Counted from the stretch's first letter, positions 16,587 through 33,776 are shown. The stretch: 64,000 nt of DNA from Eledone cirrhosa (GCA_964016885.1 OZ024747.1:27404001-27468000); one strand, 5' to 3'. The notes: generated by a model not told the origin, from the sequence alone. Program-made: numbers and translations.

Positions 16587-17235
16587 TATTGTTGTTATGA
16601 GTTGCGATTTAGATTTTTGAATGGGACGGATAGCACGGGGCCCAAGCCTTGGGTGTATCTTGAAGGCGATGCCAACATCATTTGGGCAGTGATGATGGAA
16701 CATTTTCCACATCATGCAGATAATATAACGCTCACGGCGACGTTGGAGTGAGTAAAGTTTCAGGTTTTCCAATCGACCCCAGTAGTCAAGGTCTGACATG
16801 CCATCTATCTTTTTCGTGATTGCCCTTTGAGGAGCTTCAAGTTTCATGATACTTTGTTTCGTGTGGGGAGACCACAGTGGACAACAGTATTCAAGGTGTG
16901 GTCGGGCGAAAGTAGAGAAGAGAAGGATAATGGTGCGGGAATCTCTCGACTGGAAGGTTCTGAGGATCCAGGAACACATTCTGCGGGCCATGTCAACTTT
17001 GCTGCTTATATGCGTGGTCCAGCTTATGTTGCTGTCCACGGTTACTCCCAAGTCTCTGATGTTGTTAGATGCCACGAGAGTTTCCCCGGAGGGAAGGGAG
17101 TACGGGAGTTTCAGAGCATCCTCTTTTCCAAAGTGGATCAGTTCGAATTTGTCTTCGTTCAGTAACATGTTGTTCTTTTCTGCCCATTGGGTAACAGCCA
17201 GTAGGTCTGACTGAAGGCTTATCCGGTCATCCACG
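16587..17235 (-). mobile_element. CR1-type LINE ORF2 C-terminal fragment
   Basis: [47 protein letters not shown]. Confidence 0.9.
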
Positions 17236-17273
17236 CATATATGTATATGTATATATATATATGTATATATATA

Positions 17274-17335
<62 letters not shown>

Positions 17336-17365
17336 CATATGTATAGATATATATGTATATATATG

Positions 17366-17403
<38 letters not shown>

Positions 17404-17423
17404 TGTGTATATATATATATGTG

Positions 17424-17553
<130 letters not shown>

Positions 17554-17827
17554 TGTGTATATATATATGTATATATATATGTGTATATATATATATATAT
17601 GTGTATATATATATGTGTATATATATATGTGTATATATATATATGTGTGTATATATATATGTGTATATATATATATGTGTGTATATATATATGTGTATAT
17701 ATATATGTGTGCATATATATATGTGTATATATATATATATGTGTATATATATATATGTGTGTATATATATATATATATATGTGTATATATATATATATGT
17801 GTGTATATATATATGTGTATATATATA

Positions 17828-17862
<35 letters not shown>

Positions 17863-17917
17863 GTCTATATATATATGTGTATATATATATATATATGTGT
17901 ATATATATATATATGTG

Positions 17918-17954
<37 letters not shown>

Positions 17955-18085
17955 GTATATGTATATATGTGTATATATATATGTATATGTATATATGTGT
18001 ATATATGTATATGTATATTTGTGTATGTATATGTATATATATATATATGTGTATATATATATATATATGTATATGTATATATATA

Positions 18086-18336
18086 AGTGACACAGAGGAG
18101 ACTGAGGTTAGCTGGACATGCTCACCAACATCCTGATTTGACATTGCACTCAGTGCTGCTTTGGGAGCCCATACATGGACACACTAGAAGAGGAAGACCA
18201 AGGTTAACGTATGTTGATGCCCTAAGGACAGACACTGGTCTATTGGAGACGCAGGACATGGCAGCGATAATGAGGGACAGAGACCGTTGGAGAGAACTCG
18301 TCCATGGATCTCGGGAATTTTACCCGCCTTAGATAG

Positions 18337-18338
<2 letters not shown>
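18086..18338 (+). mobile_element. RTE-group LINE 3' end fragment, copy 1
   Basis: [33 protein letters not shown], stop, short (TAGA)n tail. Confidence 0.8.
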
Positions 18339-18368
<30 letters not shown>

Positions 18369-18387
18369 GTGTATATATATATATATA

Positions 18388-18446
<59 letters not shown>

Positions 18447-18553
18447 ATATATATATATATGTGTATATATATGTATATATATATGTATATGTATATATAT
18501 ATGTATATATGTATATATATATGTATATATATATGTATATATATATATATACG

Positions 18554-18585
<32 letters not shown>

Positions 18586-18785
18586 CGTATATATATATAT
18601 ATGTATATATATATATGTATATATATATGTATGTATATATATATGTATATATATATATATATATATGTATGTATATATATATGTATATATATATGTATAT
18701 ATATATATATGTATGTATATATATATGTTTATATGTATATATATATGTATATATGTATATATATATGTATATATATATGTATATA

Positions 18786-18830
<45 letters not shown>

Positions 18831-18831
18831 G

Positions 18832-18862
<31 letters not shown>

Positions 18863-18919
18863 GTATATATATATGTATATATATATATGTATATATATAT
18901 ATATGTATATATATATATG

Positions 18920-18966
<47 letters not shown>

Positions 18967-18972
18967 GTATAA

Positions 18973-19004
<32 letters not shown>

Positions 19005-19010
19005 GTATAA

Positions 19011-19042
<32 letters not shown>

Positions 19043-19107
19043 GTATAAATATATATATATATATATATATATGTGTGTATATATATGTGTGTGTATATAT
19101 ATGTATG

Positions 19108-19138
<31 letters not shown>

Positions 19139-19213
19139 GTGTATATATATATATATATATGTGTGTGTATATATATATATGTGTATATATATATATATAT
19201 ATGTGTATATATA

Positions 19214-19278
<65 letters not shown>

Positions 19279-19348
19279 GTAGATGTATATATATGTATAT
19301 ATATGTATATGTATATATATGTATATATATGTATATGTATATATATGT

Positions 19349-19380
<32 letters not shown>

Positions 19381-19754
19381 GTATATATATGTATATATAT
19401 ATATGTATATATATGTATATATATATGTATATATATATATGTATGTATATATATATATATATGTATATATATATGTATATATATATGTATATGTATATAT
19501 ATATGTATATATATATATATATATGTATATGTATATATATGTATATGTATATATATGTATATATATATGTATATGTATATATATATATGTATATATATGT
19601 ATATATATATGTATATGTATATATATATGTATATGTATATATATGTATATGTATGTATATATATATGTATGTATATATGTATGTATATATATATGTATAT
19701 ATATGTATATATATATATATATGTATACATATATATATGTATATATATATATGT

Positions 19755-20148
19755 ATTAAGAAAGTAAAACAAAGAAGCCTTCAATACATCAAAAGTCTTT
19801 ATTAGCCGACAATGTTATACACCTCCTTAGTAATTTTTATTATATATTTTTATTATATATTTTTACCCATAATCTTGCAATACTTTAGTGTATGTACACT
19901 CCATATTCTTCGGAGTTTCCGGCTTGTATTGGCCGATAATACTTCTTGTTGTTTTAATTGCCCTGATGAGTCCTTAATAAGTCGAAAAATTGTCGGCTAA
20001 TAAAGACTTTTGATGTATTGAAGGCTTCTTTGTTTTACTTTCTTAATTCTTCGGCTCTGTTTAACTACATTGAGCTATACCTTTTACTGTCATTTCTATA
20101 ATACGAAGAGCGTGTTTAACTCCAACACGCTCCAGTATTTTAACCCTT
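19755..20148 (+). mobile_element. ORF-less PLE terminal-repeat mini-element with inverted 5' segment
   Basis: 19755-19813 is the reverse complement of 19989-20047; contains a hammerhead; TA arrays on both sides. Confidence 0.75.
19956..20001 (+). ncRNA. Type I minimal hammerhead ribozyme, imperfect
   Basis: GCC-CTGATGA-GTCCTTAATAAGTC-GAAA-AATTG-TC-GGC. Confidence 0.65.
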
Positions 20149-20381
20149 ATATATATATGTATATATGTATATATATATATGTATATATGTATATATATAT
20201 ATATGTATATATATATATGTATATATATAAATATGTATATATATATATGTGTATGTATATATATATATGTGTATGTATATATATATATGTGTATATATAT
20301 ATATATGTGTATATATATATATATATATGTGTATATATATATATGTGTATATATATATATATGTGTATATATATATATGTG

Positions 20382-20415
<34 letters not shown>

Positions 20416-20637
20416 TGTGTATATATATATATGTGTATATATATATATGTATATATATATATATGTGTGTATATATATGTGTGTATGTATATATATATAT
20501 ATGTGTATATATATATATGTGTGTATATATATATATGTGTATATATATATGTGTGTATATATATATATATATATGTGTATATATATATATATATGTGTGT
20601 GTATACATATATATGTGTGTATATATATATATATGTG

Positions 20638-20669
<32 letters not shown>

Positions 20670-20735
20670 TGTGTGTATATATATATATGTGTGTGTGTAT
20701 ATATATATATGTGTGTATATATATATATGTGTGTG

Positions 20736-20772
<37 letters not shown>

Positions 20773-20847
20773 CTGTGTGTATATATATATATGTGTGTGT
20801 ATATATATATATGTATATATTTATATGTATATATATATATGTATATG

Positions 20848-20931
<84 letters not shown>

Positions 20932-20955
20932 CATATGTATAGATATATATGTATA

Positions 20956-21007
<52 letters not shown>

Positions 21008-21033
21008 TATATGTGTATATATATATATATGTG

Positions 21034-21173
<140 letters not shown>

Positions 21174-21515
21174 TGTGTGTATATATATATGTATATATAT
21201 ATGTGTATATATATATATATGTGTATATATATATGTGTATATATATATGTGTATATATATATATGTGTGTATATATATATGTGTATATATATATATGTGT
21301 GTATATATATATGTGTATATATATATGTGTGCATATATATATGTGTATATATATATATATGTGTGTATATATATATGTGTATATATATATATATATGTGT
21401 GTATATATATATGTGTGTATATATATATGTGTATATATATATATATGTGTATATATATATATATATATGTGTATATATATATATATGTGTGTATATATAT
21501 ATGTGTATATATATA

Positions 21516-21546
<31 letters not shown>

Positions 21547-21563
21547 GTCTATATATATATGTG

Positions 21564-21597
<34 letters not shown>

Positions 21598-21601
21598 TGT
21601 G

Positions 21602-21640
<39 letters not shown>

Positions 21641-21776
21641 GTATATGTATATATGTGTATATATATATATATGTATATGTATATATGTGTATATATGTAT
21701 ATGTATATGTATATTTGTGTATGTATATGTATATATATATGTGTATATATATATATATGTATATGTATATATATAA

Positions 21777-22025
21777 GTGACACAGAGGAGACTGAGGTTA
21801 GCTGGACATGCTCACCAACATCCTGATTTGACATTGCACTCAGTGCTGCTTTGGAGCCCCTACATGGACACACTAGAAGAGGAAGACCAAGGTTAACGTA
21901 TGTTGATGCCCTAAGGACAGACACTGGTCTATTGGAGACGCAGGACATGGCAGCGATAATGAGGGACAGAGACCGTTGGAGAGAACTCGTCCATGGATCT
22001 CGGGAATTTTACCCGCCTTAGATAG

Positions 22026-22027
<2 letters not shown>
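21777..22027 (+). mobile_element. RTE-group LINE 3' end fragment, copy 2
   Basis: Near-identical to 18086-18338, with a small frameshifting indel near 21850. Confidence 0.8.
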
Positions 22028-22065
<38 letters not shown>

Positions 22066-22078
22066 ATATATATATATA

Positions 22079-22119
<41 letters not shown>

Positions 22120-22480
22120 ATATATATATATATGTGTATATATATGTATATATATATGTATATGTATATATATATGTATATATGTATATATATATGTATA
22201 TATATATGTATATATATATATACGTATATATATATATATGTATATATATATATACGTATATATATATATATGTATATATATATATGTATATATATATGTA
22301 TGTATGTATATATGTATATATATATATATGTATGTATATATATATGTATATATATATATATATGTATGTATATATATATGTATATATATATGTATATATA
22401 TATATGTATGTATATATATATGTTTATATGTATATATATATGTATATATGTATATATATATGTATATATATATGTATATA

Positions 22481-22529
<49 letters not shown>

Positions 22530-22530
22530 G

Positions 22531-22561
<31 letters not shown>

Positions 22562-22574
22562 GTATATATATATG

Positions 22575-22661
<87 letters not shown>

Positions 22662-22703
22662 GTATAAATATATATATATATGTGTATATATATATATGTA
22701 TAA

Positions 22704-22735
<32 letters not shown>

Positions 22736-22741
22736 GTATAA

Positions 22742-22773
<32 letters not shown>

Positions 22774-22774
22774 G

Positions 22775-22807
<33 letters not shown>

Positions 22808-22838
22808 GTATATATATGTGTGTGTATATATATGTATG

Positions 22839-22873
<35 letters not shown>

Positions 22874-22952
22874 GTGTATATATATATATATATATGTGTG
22901 TATATATATATATGTGTATATATATATATATGTGTATATATATATATATGTG

Positions 22953-23001
<49 letters not shown>

Positions 23002-23677
23002 GTATATGTATATATATGTATATATATGTATATGTATATATATGTATATATATGTATATGTATATATATGTATATATATGTATATGTATATATATGTATA
23101 TATAGGTATATGTATATATATGTATATATATGTATATATATATATATATGTATATATATGTATATATATATATGTATATATATGTATATATATATGTATA
23201 TATATATATGTATGTATATATATATATATATGTATATATATATGTATATATATATGTATATGTATATATATATGTATATATATATATATATATATGTATA
23301 TGTATATATATGTATATGTATATATATGTATATATATATGTATATGTATATATATATATGTATATATATGTATATATATATGTATATGTATATATATATG
23401 TATATATATATGTATATGTATATATATATGTATATGTATATATATGTATATGTACGTATATATATATGTATGTATATATATATGTATGTATATATATATG
23501 TATATGTATATATATGTATGTATATATATATATATCAAATTATATGTTTTTTCACAAAAAAGTATTCTGTCTTTTATATATTCCATGTGCCATTACCAAC
23601 CTCAATTTTCTCTATAACCTTCGTTTTGTGTAGAAAATTACACTTTTCATATATACTAACCTACGCAAATCCGGAAA

Positions 23678-26600
23678 ATGGCACTGGAACAAGACAACAC
23701 AACTTCAAACTCCAATATAAATGAGGAAATCCTGAAAATCCTAAAAGAGATAAATGGAAAACTCACCATTCTGACAAAAAAACAGGATATACCCCAAACC
23801 ACCACACCGACTGACAACCAAATTTATTTAAACGTTCAAAACGTATGCAACTCTATCGAAAAACTTATGAATACCAACACAGAACAAACGACATTGCTCC
23901 ATATCAAAAACCAAATGGGACACCTCTGGAAAAAACATCTAAAAACCAGAAAATTCACTTTCTGGAATATGATAAAAAACCTCAACAAAGCTGGAATTTA
24001 CCAAAAATGGATTAACTCAACACCGATAGTTTTACCACGTAAATTCCAAATAAAGCATATTACAAACGAACCTGAACCAGAAAGAAAACTCCGTGAACAA
24101 ATGTCACTCAACAGGATAAACATGGAAATAGAACTCCTAAAATTAAGGGCCACCTCAAACGAGCAAGAGTATAAGGATGCTGATAAAAATATGGAGGAAG
24201 AATACACTAAAAAGGCCGAGGGAACAACCCTACAAAATTTAATCAAATCGTGGAAACAGGACTGCGAGAATGCAGAAATTATTTCCCTTAAACGGTGGGA
24301 AAAATCCGAAAACTGGTTCCTCAAATATGAAGAAGACTTTAAAAGGACGCACCAAACAGGTAACCCCTTTATAAAGCATTTGAACATAACAAGAACTACA
24401 ACAGACACATTTACACCACCAAACCCAACACACACTAACCACAGGCACATCCCCCACCAACACAAACCAAATACGGCCAACTACACCAAAAGAAACACAC
24501 CCAACCACCACAACACAGGTTTCCGTAGAAATGCCCCCTACATAAACCAACGACGAAATAACATAGATCCAACTCACAACACACACACCACATTCCTCAG
24601 AAGAAATCCACCCAGACCACTTGAAATCACAACAGAACTTACCCACAACCACACCAGACATCACCCTCAATCCAACAAAAGACAACCCCCCAACCTCAAC
24701 ACTCTGTACCACAGAAATAACGCACCCAGACCACATGAACCAACAACAGAACCCTTGCTCATCAACAACCACAACACATACCACCCCCACCATCACATTC
24801 ACCCTCATGAAACAACAAGCTACAGACCCACACGCAACAGACCAACAAAATATAATCACACACAAAACTACATTCCTTTTTTAGGGAAAAGCCTGAAATA
24901 CCAGGATACTCGATGCCCCCCCCCCCCCCCCCCCCCCCCCCAGGAGAAACCAAAAATAATCAACCTCTCAAAGACACCTCTAACCAACACACAAATCAAC
25001 ATTTTAAGTAAGGGCCTGAAATTTACACCTACACCACGTAAACCAAACTTCCCCGAAATGAAGGATGACATCATGGAATACTGCCGAAAGCTGCGACTAA
25101 CGGAATTCTTCCACAACGACACCAACACTGAAGACGAATCACTGGTTAGAAATAAAAGCAATTTCTGCCCACAAAAGGGAAGAAATAAAGCACTGGACAC
25201 GTACTGCGAACACATCACCAACTTTCCCTATGAAAAAATTACAAATAAACACACGAAATCAAACCTATCTACACACGAATGGGAAGAATTATTCACACTT
25301 AGAAACAACCCTGAGATAACTATCACAGAAGCCGATAAAGGCAGTACTGTTGTCATTATGAATACGGACTACTATAGGACCCTCGCACTTAACATTTTAG
25401 AAAACAACACATACTATGAAAAAACAGAAAACTACAAACACACCAAAACAATGGGGAACCTTTTGACCTTACTGAATAAATACCGCAACAGCTTAACCAC
25501 AAAAGAGTTTAACTATATAAGCCACTTCAAATGCAATACAAGCTCTTTTTACGGCTTACCGAAACTCCACAAATGTAAACCCATAAACGATGCATGTGAC
25601 ACCTCAACCAACAATTACATTGAACTAACACCACCAGAAGACCTAAAACTCAGGCCAATTATAGCAGGCCCTACATGTGAAACCCACAGACTTAGCAACT
25701 TTCTGGACATCCTACTGAAACCCTTTCTACAACATATACAGAGCTACATACGAGATGACCTTGACATGCTGAAACACCTCCCTAAAACAGTAAGTGCAAA
25801 TACAATTCTTGTCTCCTTTGACGTAATAAACCTTTACACAAACATACCCCACAACTATGGAATAACAGAAGTCCAATACTGGCTTAACACACACCCATCA
25901 AAAATACCGACACGCATCAACACAGATTTTATCACTGACGGACTCCGCTTTATCCTACAAAATAACTACTTCACATTCAATGGTTCAACATACAGACAAG
26001 TATCAGGTACGGCAATGGGCACGAAAGTAGCACCCACATATGCCAACCTAGTCATGGGATTCCATGAACAACAAATATACAGTCAGTCCCTTCTCTTATT
26101 TGGAGACTCTTTCCACACACACCTCAAAGCCAATTGGAAAAGATATCTAGACGACTGCTTTATCCTATGGCAAGAAGACATGAACTCACTTACTACGTTT
26201 AAAAACATGATAAACAACATAGATAATAACATACAATTCACAATGGAATCCAATCCTAAGGAATTAGCCTTCTTGGATATTCTCATCTCTGTAATAGACG
26301 GGAAATTAGATACAGATATATTCTATAAACCCACAGATTCCAAGCAATACCTCTTTTTCACATCAAGTCACCCAAAACATACAAAACTTAACATTCCTTA
26401 CAATTTGGCCAAACGTATATGTACCATAGTATCAGATCCACCTAAACGGGAGCAAAGACTAAAGGAACTAAAAGACACCCTTATCTTAAGAGCCTTTCCA
26501 CTTGAAATAATCAACAATGGAATAGACAGGGCAAAACACCTAAATCCCCATCAACTTAACAATCCAAAACAGAAAACCACACTCAACACCCTGCCATATG

Positions 26601-27205
26601 TATCCACTTTCAACCCCAGAAATACCGAAATGTTTGATCACCTACACAAAAACCTCCCCATCCTACTTAAAGATGTAAAAATGAAGTCTATTCTTGAAAC
26701 ACACAAGATCCTTAAAAGTAAAAGACAACCCAAATCACTTAAACGCATTCCCACTGGACCAAATATACCCAAACCAATCCTCAACCCTACAGTTACCAAA
26801 TGTCGTAGAACAAACTGTGGAACGTGCCTCTACCTCACTGAAGGACAAACATTTAAATTCAAAGATGGCCAAACATTTACAGTAAAAAACAATTTCACCT
26901 GCAACTCGGAGAACTTGATTTACGCAATAACTTGCGGTGGGTGCAAACACAACTACATAGGACAGACGGGCACCTCATTACGCAAAAGAATGACCATCCA
27001 CCGCCAACAAATCCGGGACGCTAACACAAGAAAAATCCCCTTGAGCAGCCATATTGCGAACTGCGCAGGAATGACACTACCCAACTTTAAAATCTTCCCC
27101 TTCTACAAGTGCTCAGATTCATTCACACAGCAACAAAGAATAAACAAAGAAAATCCATTCCTTAACAAATTTAAACCAAAACTAAACGGGTTATCACCCC
27201 AATAG
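23678..27205 (+). CDS. PLE polyprotein: N-terminal helical/low-complexity region, reverse transcriptase, Cys linker, GIY-YIG endonuclease
   Basis: [83 protein letters not shown]; 1175 aa open. Confidence 0.93.
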   Translation: MALEQDNTTSNSNINEEILKILKEINGKLTILTKKQDIPQTTTPTDNQIYLNVQNVCNSIEKLMNTNTEQTTLLHIKNQMGHLWKKHLKTRKFTFWNMIKNLNKAGIYQKWINSTPIVLPRKFQIKHITNEPEPERKLREQMSLNRINMEIELLKLRATSNEQEYKDADKNMEEEYTKKAEGTTLQNLIKSWKQDCENAEIISLKRWEKSENWFLKYEEDFKRTHQTGNPFIKHLNITRTTTDTFTPPNPTHTNHRHIPHQHKPNTANYTKRNTPNHHNTGFRRNAPYINQRRNNIDPTHNTHTTFLRRNPPRPLEITTELTHNHTRHHPQSNKRQPPNLNTLYHRNNAPRPHEPTTEPLLINNHNTYHPHHHIHPHETTSYRPTRNRPTKYNHTQNYIPFLGKSLKYQDTRCPPPPPPPPQEKPKIINLSKTPLTNTQINILSKGLKFTPTPRKPNFPEMKDDIMEYCRKLRLTEFFHNDTNTEDESLVRNKSNFCPQKGRNKALDTYCEHITNFPYEKITNKHTKSNLSTHEWEELFTLRNNPEITITEADKGSTVVIMNTDYYRTLALNILENNTYYEKTENYKHTKTMGNLLTLLNKYRNSLTTKEFNYISHFKCNTSSFYGLPKLHKCKPINDACDTSTNNYIELTPPEDLKLRPIIAGPTCETHRLSNFLDILLKPFLQHIQSYIRDDLDMLKHLPKTVSANTILVSFDVINLYTNIPHNYGITEVQYWLNTHPSKIPTRINTDFITDGLRFILQNNYFTFNGSTYRQVSGTAMGTKVAPTYANLVMGFHEQQIYSQSLLLFGDSFHTHLKANWKRYLDDCFILWQEDMNSLTTFKNMINNIDNNIQFTMESNPKELAFLDILISVIDGKLDTDIFYKPTDSKQYLFFTSSHPKHTKLNIPYNLAKRICTIVSDPPKREQRLKELKDTLILRAFPLEIINNGIDRAKHLNPHQLNNPKQKTTLNTLPYVSTFNPRNTEMFDHLHKNLPILLKDVKMKSILETHKILKSKRQPKSLKRIPTGPNIPKPILNPTVTKCRRTNCGTCLYLTEGQTFKFKDGQTFTVKNNFTCNSENLIYAITCGGCKHNYIGQTGTSLRKRMTIHRQQIRDANTRKIPLSSHIANCAGMTLPNFKIFPFYKCSDSFTQQQRINKENPFLNKFKPKLNGLSPQ

Positions 27206-27489
27206 AATTGTCATAAAATATAAACACACATACGCACGGAATCACTACTATTAAAGACCAGAGACCAATTCTGTAGAATCAGGTTTATTCGTTGACAGAC
27301 CATGCCTTTGTGTGACCAACACATCCATGTTAAACCCTGCACGTGCACACACATATATCTATATATATATGCGCACACAGAATTCACCACTGTCGGTTGC
27401 GGGGCCCAATCTACATGAAGAACTCAATGTGATCAAAATGATTTGTATTTTAATTTCACTGTCCCAACTTCTTATATTATGGAAAAAAT

Positions 27490-27660
27490 ATATGTGTATG
27501 TATGTATATATATATATATTTGGAGGCCATTTCTCTGTGTGTGGGTGTATGTATGTGTATATGTGTGTGTGTGTGTATGTGTGTGCATGTGGATGTATGT
27601 ATTGTGTGTGCGTGTGTGTGTGTGTGTGTATGTATGTGTGTATCTGGATGTATGCGTATG

Positions 27661-27691
<31 letters not shown>

Positions 27692-27926
27692 ATATATATG
27701 TGTGTGTATGTGTATATATATGTGTGTGTGTGTGTATGTTTGTATGTGTGTATATATATGTATATATATGTGTGTGTGTGTATGTGTGGGTGTGTGTGTG
27801 TATATATATATATATATGTGTGTATATATATATGTGTGTGTGTGTGTGTATGTATGTGTGTATCTGGATGTATGTGTATGTATATATATGTGTGTGTGTG
27901 TATATATATATATATATGTGTGTGTA

Positions 27927-27985
<59 letters not shown>

Positions 27986-28008
27986 ATGTGTGTGTGTATG
28001 TATGTGTG

Positions 28009-28045
<37 letters not shown>

Positions 28046-28095
28046 GTGTATGTATATGTATGTATGTGTGGATGAAGGTATGTGTGTATATATAG
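27490..28095. repeat. (TG)n/(TA)n array inside the PLE2 3' UTR
   Basis: Lies between the ORF stop and the 3' terminal repeat. Confidence 0.9.
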
Positions 28096-28404
28096 GTGTA
28101 AGTGCACTAAATCCCTTTCTATCACGCTCCACTCTCCTACCCACCACAGGAAGATATATGTATGTATATTGCTTCCACCCCCTCACTGACCAGCAGCTGG
28201 CCAGTTGGCCATTGCTAAATCTGACCTTTATAAAATAACCCACACCCCAAATAACTTCTCATTCACTACCAGAAAGGGACACAGCAGTCAACTGTTGTTG
28301 CTACCTAGATGAAAACTACTATGAAATCCCACAATGAATTTTATACTTGAAATTTCAAATCTCAAATTTTAACTCTTCGTATTATTAATTTTTCTTAATA
28401 TTAA

Positions 28405-28456
28405 TCTACATTTGAAAAGATGGCTTTTGCAGACCCATCGAAACCGGTCATTTTTT
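28405..28456 (+). ncRNA. Degenerate hammerhead upstream of the PLE2 3' repeat
   Basis: GATGG..CCATC-GAAA-CCGG-TC is intact; the 5' core reads TTGAAAAGA instead of CTGANGA. Confidence 0.5.
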
Positions 28457-28602
28457 ATACCCTTTATTATTTCCTTACCTTATAAAATTATATGTTTTTT
28501 CACAAAAAAGTATTCTGTCTCTTATATATTCCATGTGCCACTACCAACCTCAATTTTCTCTATAACCTTCGTTTTGTGTAGAAAATTACACTTTTCATAT
28601 AT

Positions 28603-30358
<1,756 letters not shown>

Positions 30359-33190
30359 TTATTTAAATAACAGATTAAAGTTTAAGCAAAGAATCGCTGC
30401 TTTCACCCTTAACGGGATCTTCTGAAACTAACAAAGTCAATCTGTAAACGCAGAACTGGATATTTCAAAAAACGTTGCAACCGGAGGAAGACAGGAAGAC
30501 GATACTTTGGTTCGTGGAAACGTCCGCTGGCAACGAACGGGAAAAAACGAATTCCGAACAACCCCTCTATTCGGCTTATTAACCCTACGAAATCCGATTT
30601 AGGTAGACTTTGTAAAACGATTCTTGATAGAATTATACCTGAAATTAGAAGTTTGGCCCCTCTCGCACTGTGGAACAATTCTTTCGCGGTGATTGATTGG
30701 TTCAACGGCATATGTAACAAGGAACATTGCCGGTTTATCCAATTCGACATCAACAATTACTACTCCTCCATCACTTTACCACTTCTCCTTAGAGCTATAA
30801 ATTTCGCTAAAACACTCACAGTGGTTAAGGATTTCGAAGTTGATGTCATCCTTAATGCCCGAAAGTCGGTGATTAATTTCGACGACTCTATTTGGATAAA
30901 AAAATCCAATAGTACCCCATTCGACGTGAGTATGGGCGCCAGTGACTCTGCGGACGTTACTGATCTTATCGGCCTTTTCCTTCTTTTCTCTATCAAGGAC
31001 GAATTCCCCAACGCGGGCGGTGGTTTGTACCGTGACGATGGTCTTTTGACCATGACTAAGTGCGGACCTCGTGCTTGGGACAGGTTCAGAAAAGAACTCA
31101 CAGCCTTCTTTAAAGGCTTCAACCTCTCTATACAGGTTGAGGCCAATCTCTCGGTCGTTAATTACCTCGACGTTACCCTCAATTTATTGAATGGGTTGTA
31201 TTACCCGTATAGCAAGCCGAATGATACGCTTAATTACATAAGTAAGCATTCCAACCATCCTGCCAGCATAACCAAGAACCTGGTAAGAAACGTTTGGTTG
31301 AGGCTTTCCCGTCTTTCCTCCAACGAGCGCATTTTCAACGACCATTCCACTTATTACAATGAAGCTCTTGCTCGAAGTGGATTTGTCGATAAGGTAGCAT
31401 ATACAGAGTACGAAAATAGACCTAGAAGAAATAGATCCCGTCGCAAGAAATAGATCCCGTTGGTTTAACCCACCATATAATATGGCCACACCATTAGCTA
31501 AGATCTTTCTTTCCCTTATTACGAAGCATTTTCCCCCTACACATAAATATAGTAAAATTTTTAATAGAAATACTATTAAAATTTCTTACTCTACGACTCC
31601 TAACCTTGCACATAACATCACAGCTTCAAATTTAGCTAAACTACCTAGCCGTAGGAACACGTGCAACCCTGTAGTTAGTACTAACTGTAATTGTAGGAAT
31701 CGGGCTGATTGCCCCCTATCCGGGAAATGCCTCTCTAGTAACATTGTCTACAAATGTAAGGTTGTAACACCCACGTCCCGTAGGGCCTACATAGGGTTAA
31801 CCGCCAATAGTTTCAAGCAGCGTCTTTACATGCATACCCATTCTTTTCGTTACCCTCTAAGAAGAAATATGACGTCACTTTCAGCTTATATCTGGAGTCT
31901 AAAAGACAACACACCCAATATAAGTTACACTGGGAGATCCTAGCTAGGGCTAGATCGTATAACGGAAATAAAAGACCTTGTGACCTCTGCGCCGCTGAGG
32001 CCCTGGAAATACTCTACGCCACAGACCACATCTTAAACAAAAAATCTGAGGCAATTTCGGCTTGTAAACATAAATTGCACAAAACTTTCCTGTATTACAG
32101 CCCCACGTTATACCCTAACGGATAGTAGATCTATACGTGGATATTTTACGTCCTGATGTGGGAGCTAAGTATATGTTTTGTTTATTCCTTTACTTATTTG
32201 AATAGGTAAGTATATATTGCCTGTATGTTTTGTGAAGGTTGTATACCTTCTCGTACGTATATTTGATTGTTATGGCGTATAATTTTTATATATTCTGGTA
32301 TTTAGGGTTTGGCTATGTGTATACGGGAGTTTTGCGTCTGCGTGAGTATGCAGGTTCGTATGTATGGTGGGTGTGTGTATATGTGTACTTCTTGTTTTAG
32401 TTGACTTACGTCTCCGAACATTCGTGTATTTATATGTAGGTATGTGTGTGCGCTTGCTATATACGTATTTATTTACTTATATACGTTTATATAATTATTT
32501 ATTTATTTGTACACAAGCATACACACACACACACATATTTATATGTGCATGGTTGTATACCTATGGTAAGGTTTTGCGTATGCTTGTGTATGTACGTATT
32601 TGTTTGCGTGTATGTATTTATTTATTTCTATTACTTCTGTATTGTATTTATTTACTTTGTTCTTAACTCTGTAGCGGAGATTCATTTGGTCTCCTACTTA
32701 GAATTTTAGTCTACGACTTCTACTATAACATTTACGTGGTTTTGTCTTTGCGTGCTATTGTTCTCCACGGTCCACATATGACTTATTATCTTCGTTTTTT
32801 CGTTCATTGCCAGAGAACGTCTCTATGCACCACCTAAGAGAACATTAGTCTACGACCTCTTTTATACCTGAACGTGGTTCTGTCTTTGCGCGTAATTGTT
32901 TTTCACCGCTCCTTTTAATGACGAATTATTCGTTTTTTCCCGTTCTTTGCCAGCGGACGTTTCCACGAATCAAAGTATCGTCTTCCTGTCTTCCTCCGGT
33001 TGCAACGTTTTTTGAAATATCCAGTTCTGCGTCTACAGATTGACTTTGTTAGTTTCAGAAGATCCCGTTAAGGGTGAAAGCAGCGATTCTTTGCTTAAAC
33101 TTTAATCTGTTATTTTAATATTTGATATATATTTATCCTTATGGAGCCCTCTTTGGATTTTAGTCTTCAATTTTATTATTATTACTATAT
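30359..33190 (+). mobile_element. Naiad-type PLE (PLE3), 5'-truncated and frameshifted, with inverted terminal repeat
   Basis: RLINPTKSDLG, IQFDINNYYSSI, MGASDSA, YRDDGL, WFNPPY, CNCRNRADCPLSGKC, IVYKC..YIGLT; coding about 30552-32125; about 30359-30551 is the inverse of about 32927-33120. Confidence 0.9.
33051..33101 (+). ncRNA. Hammerhead-like fold, variant core CAGAAGA (inverted copy at 30379-30429)
   Basis: AGTTT-CAGAAGA-TCCCGTTAAGGGT-GAAA-GCA..TGC-TT-AAACT. Confidence 0.55.
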
Positions 33191-33233
33191 ATATATGTAT
33201 ATATATGTATATGTATATATATATGTATATATA

Positions 33234-33288
<55 letters not shown>

Positions 33289-33317
33289 GTATATATGTAT
33301 ATGAATATATGTATATA

Positions 33318-33364
<47 letters not shown>

Positions 33365-33409
33365 GTATATGTATATATGTATATATATATGTATATATAT
33401 ATATATGTG

Positions 33410-33482
<73 letters not shown>

Positions 33483-33542
33483 GTATATATATATATGTAT
33501 ATATGTATATGTATATATATATGTATATATATGTATATATAT

Positions 33543-33574
<32 letters not shown>

Positions 33575-33653
33575 GTATATATATATGTATATGTATATAT
33601 ATGTATATGTATATATATATATATGTATATGTATATATATATATATGTATTTG

Positions 33654-33684
<31 letters not shown>

Positions 33685-33743
33685 GTATATGTATATATAT
33701 GTATGTATATGTATATATATGTATATGTATATATATGTATATG

Positions 33744-33776
<33 letters not shown>

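Larger units (their letters stand above)
23537..28602 (+). mobile_element. Near full-length Neptune-type PLE (PLE2) with direct terminal repeats
   Basis: Direct repeats of about 118 bp at 23537-23654 and 28485-28602 (2 mismatches seen) flanking an RT + GIY-YIG ORF; inserted in a TA array. Confidence 0.93.

Noticed and set aside
16203-16751. ORFs spanning the N gap
   Set aside because: Artificial fusion of a PLE and a CR1 across unknown bases
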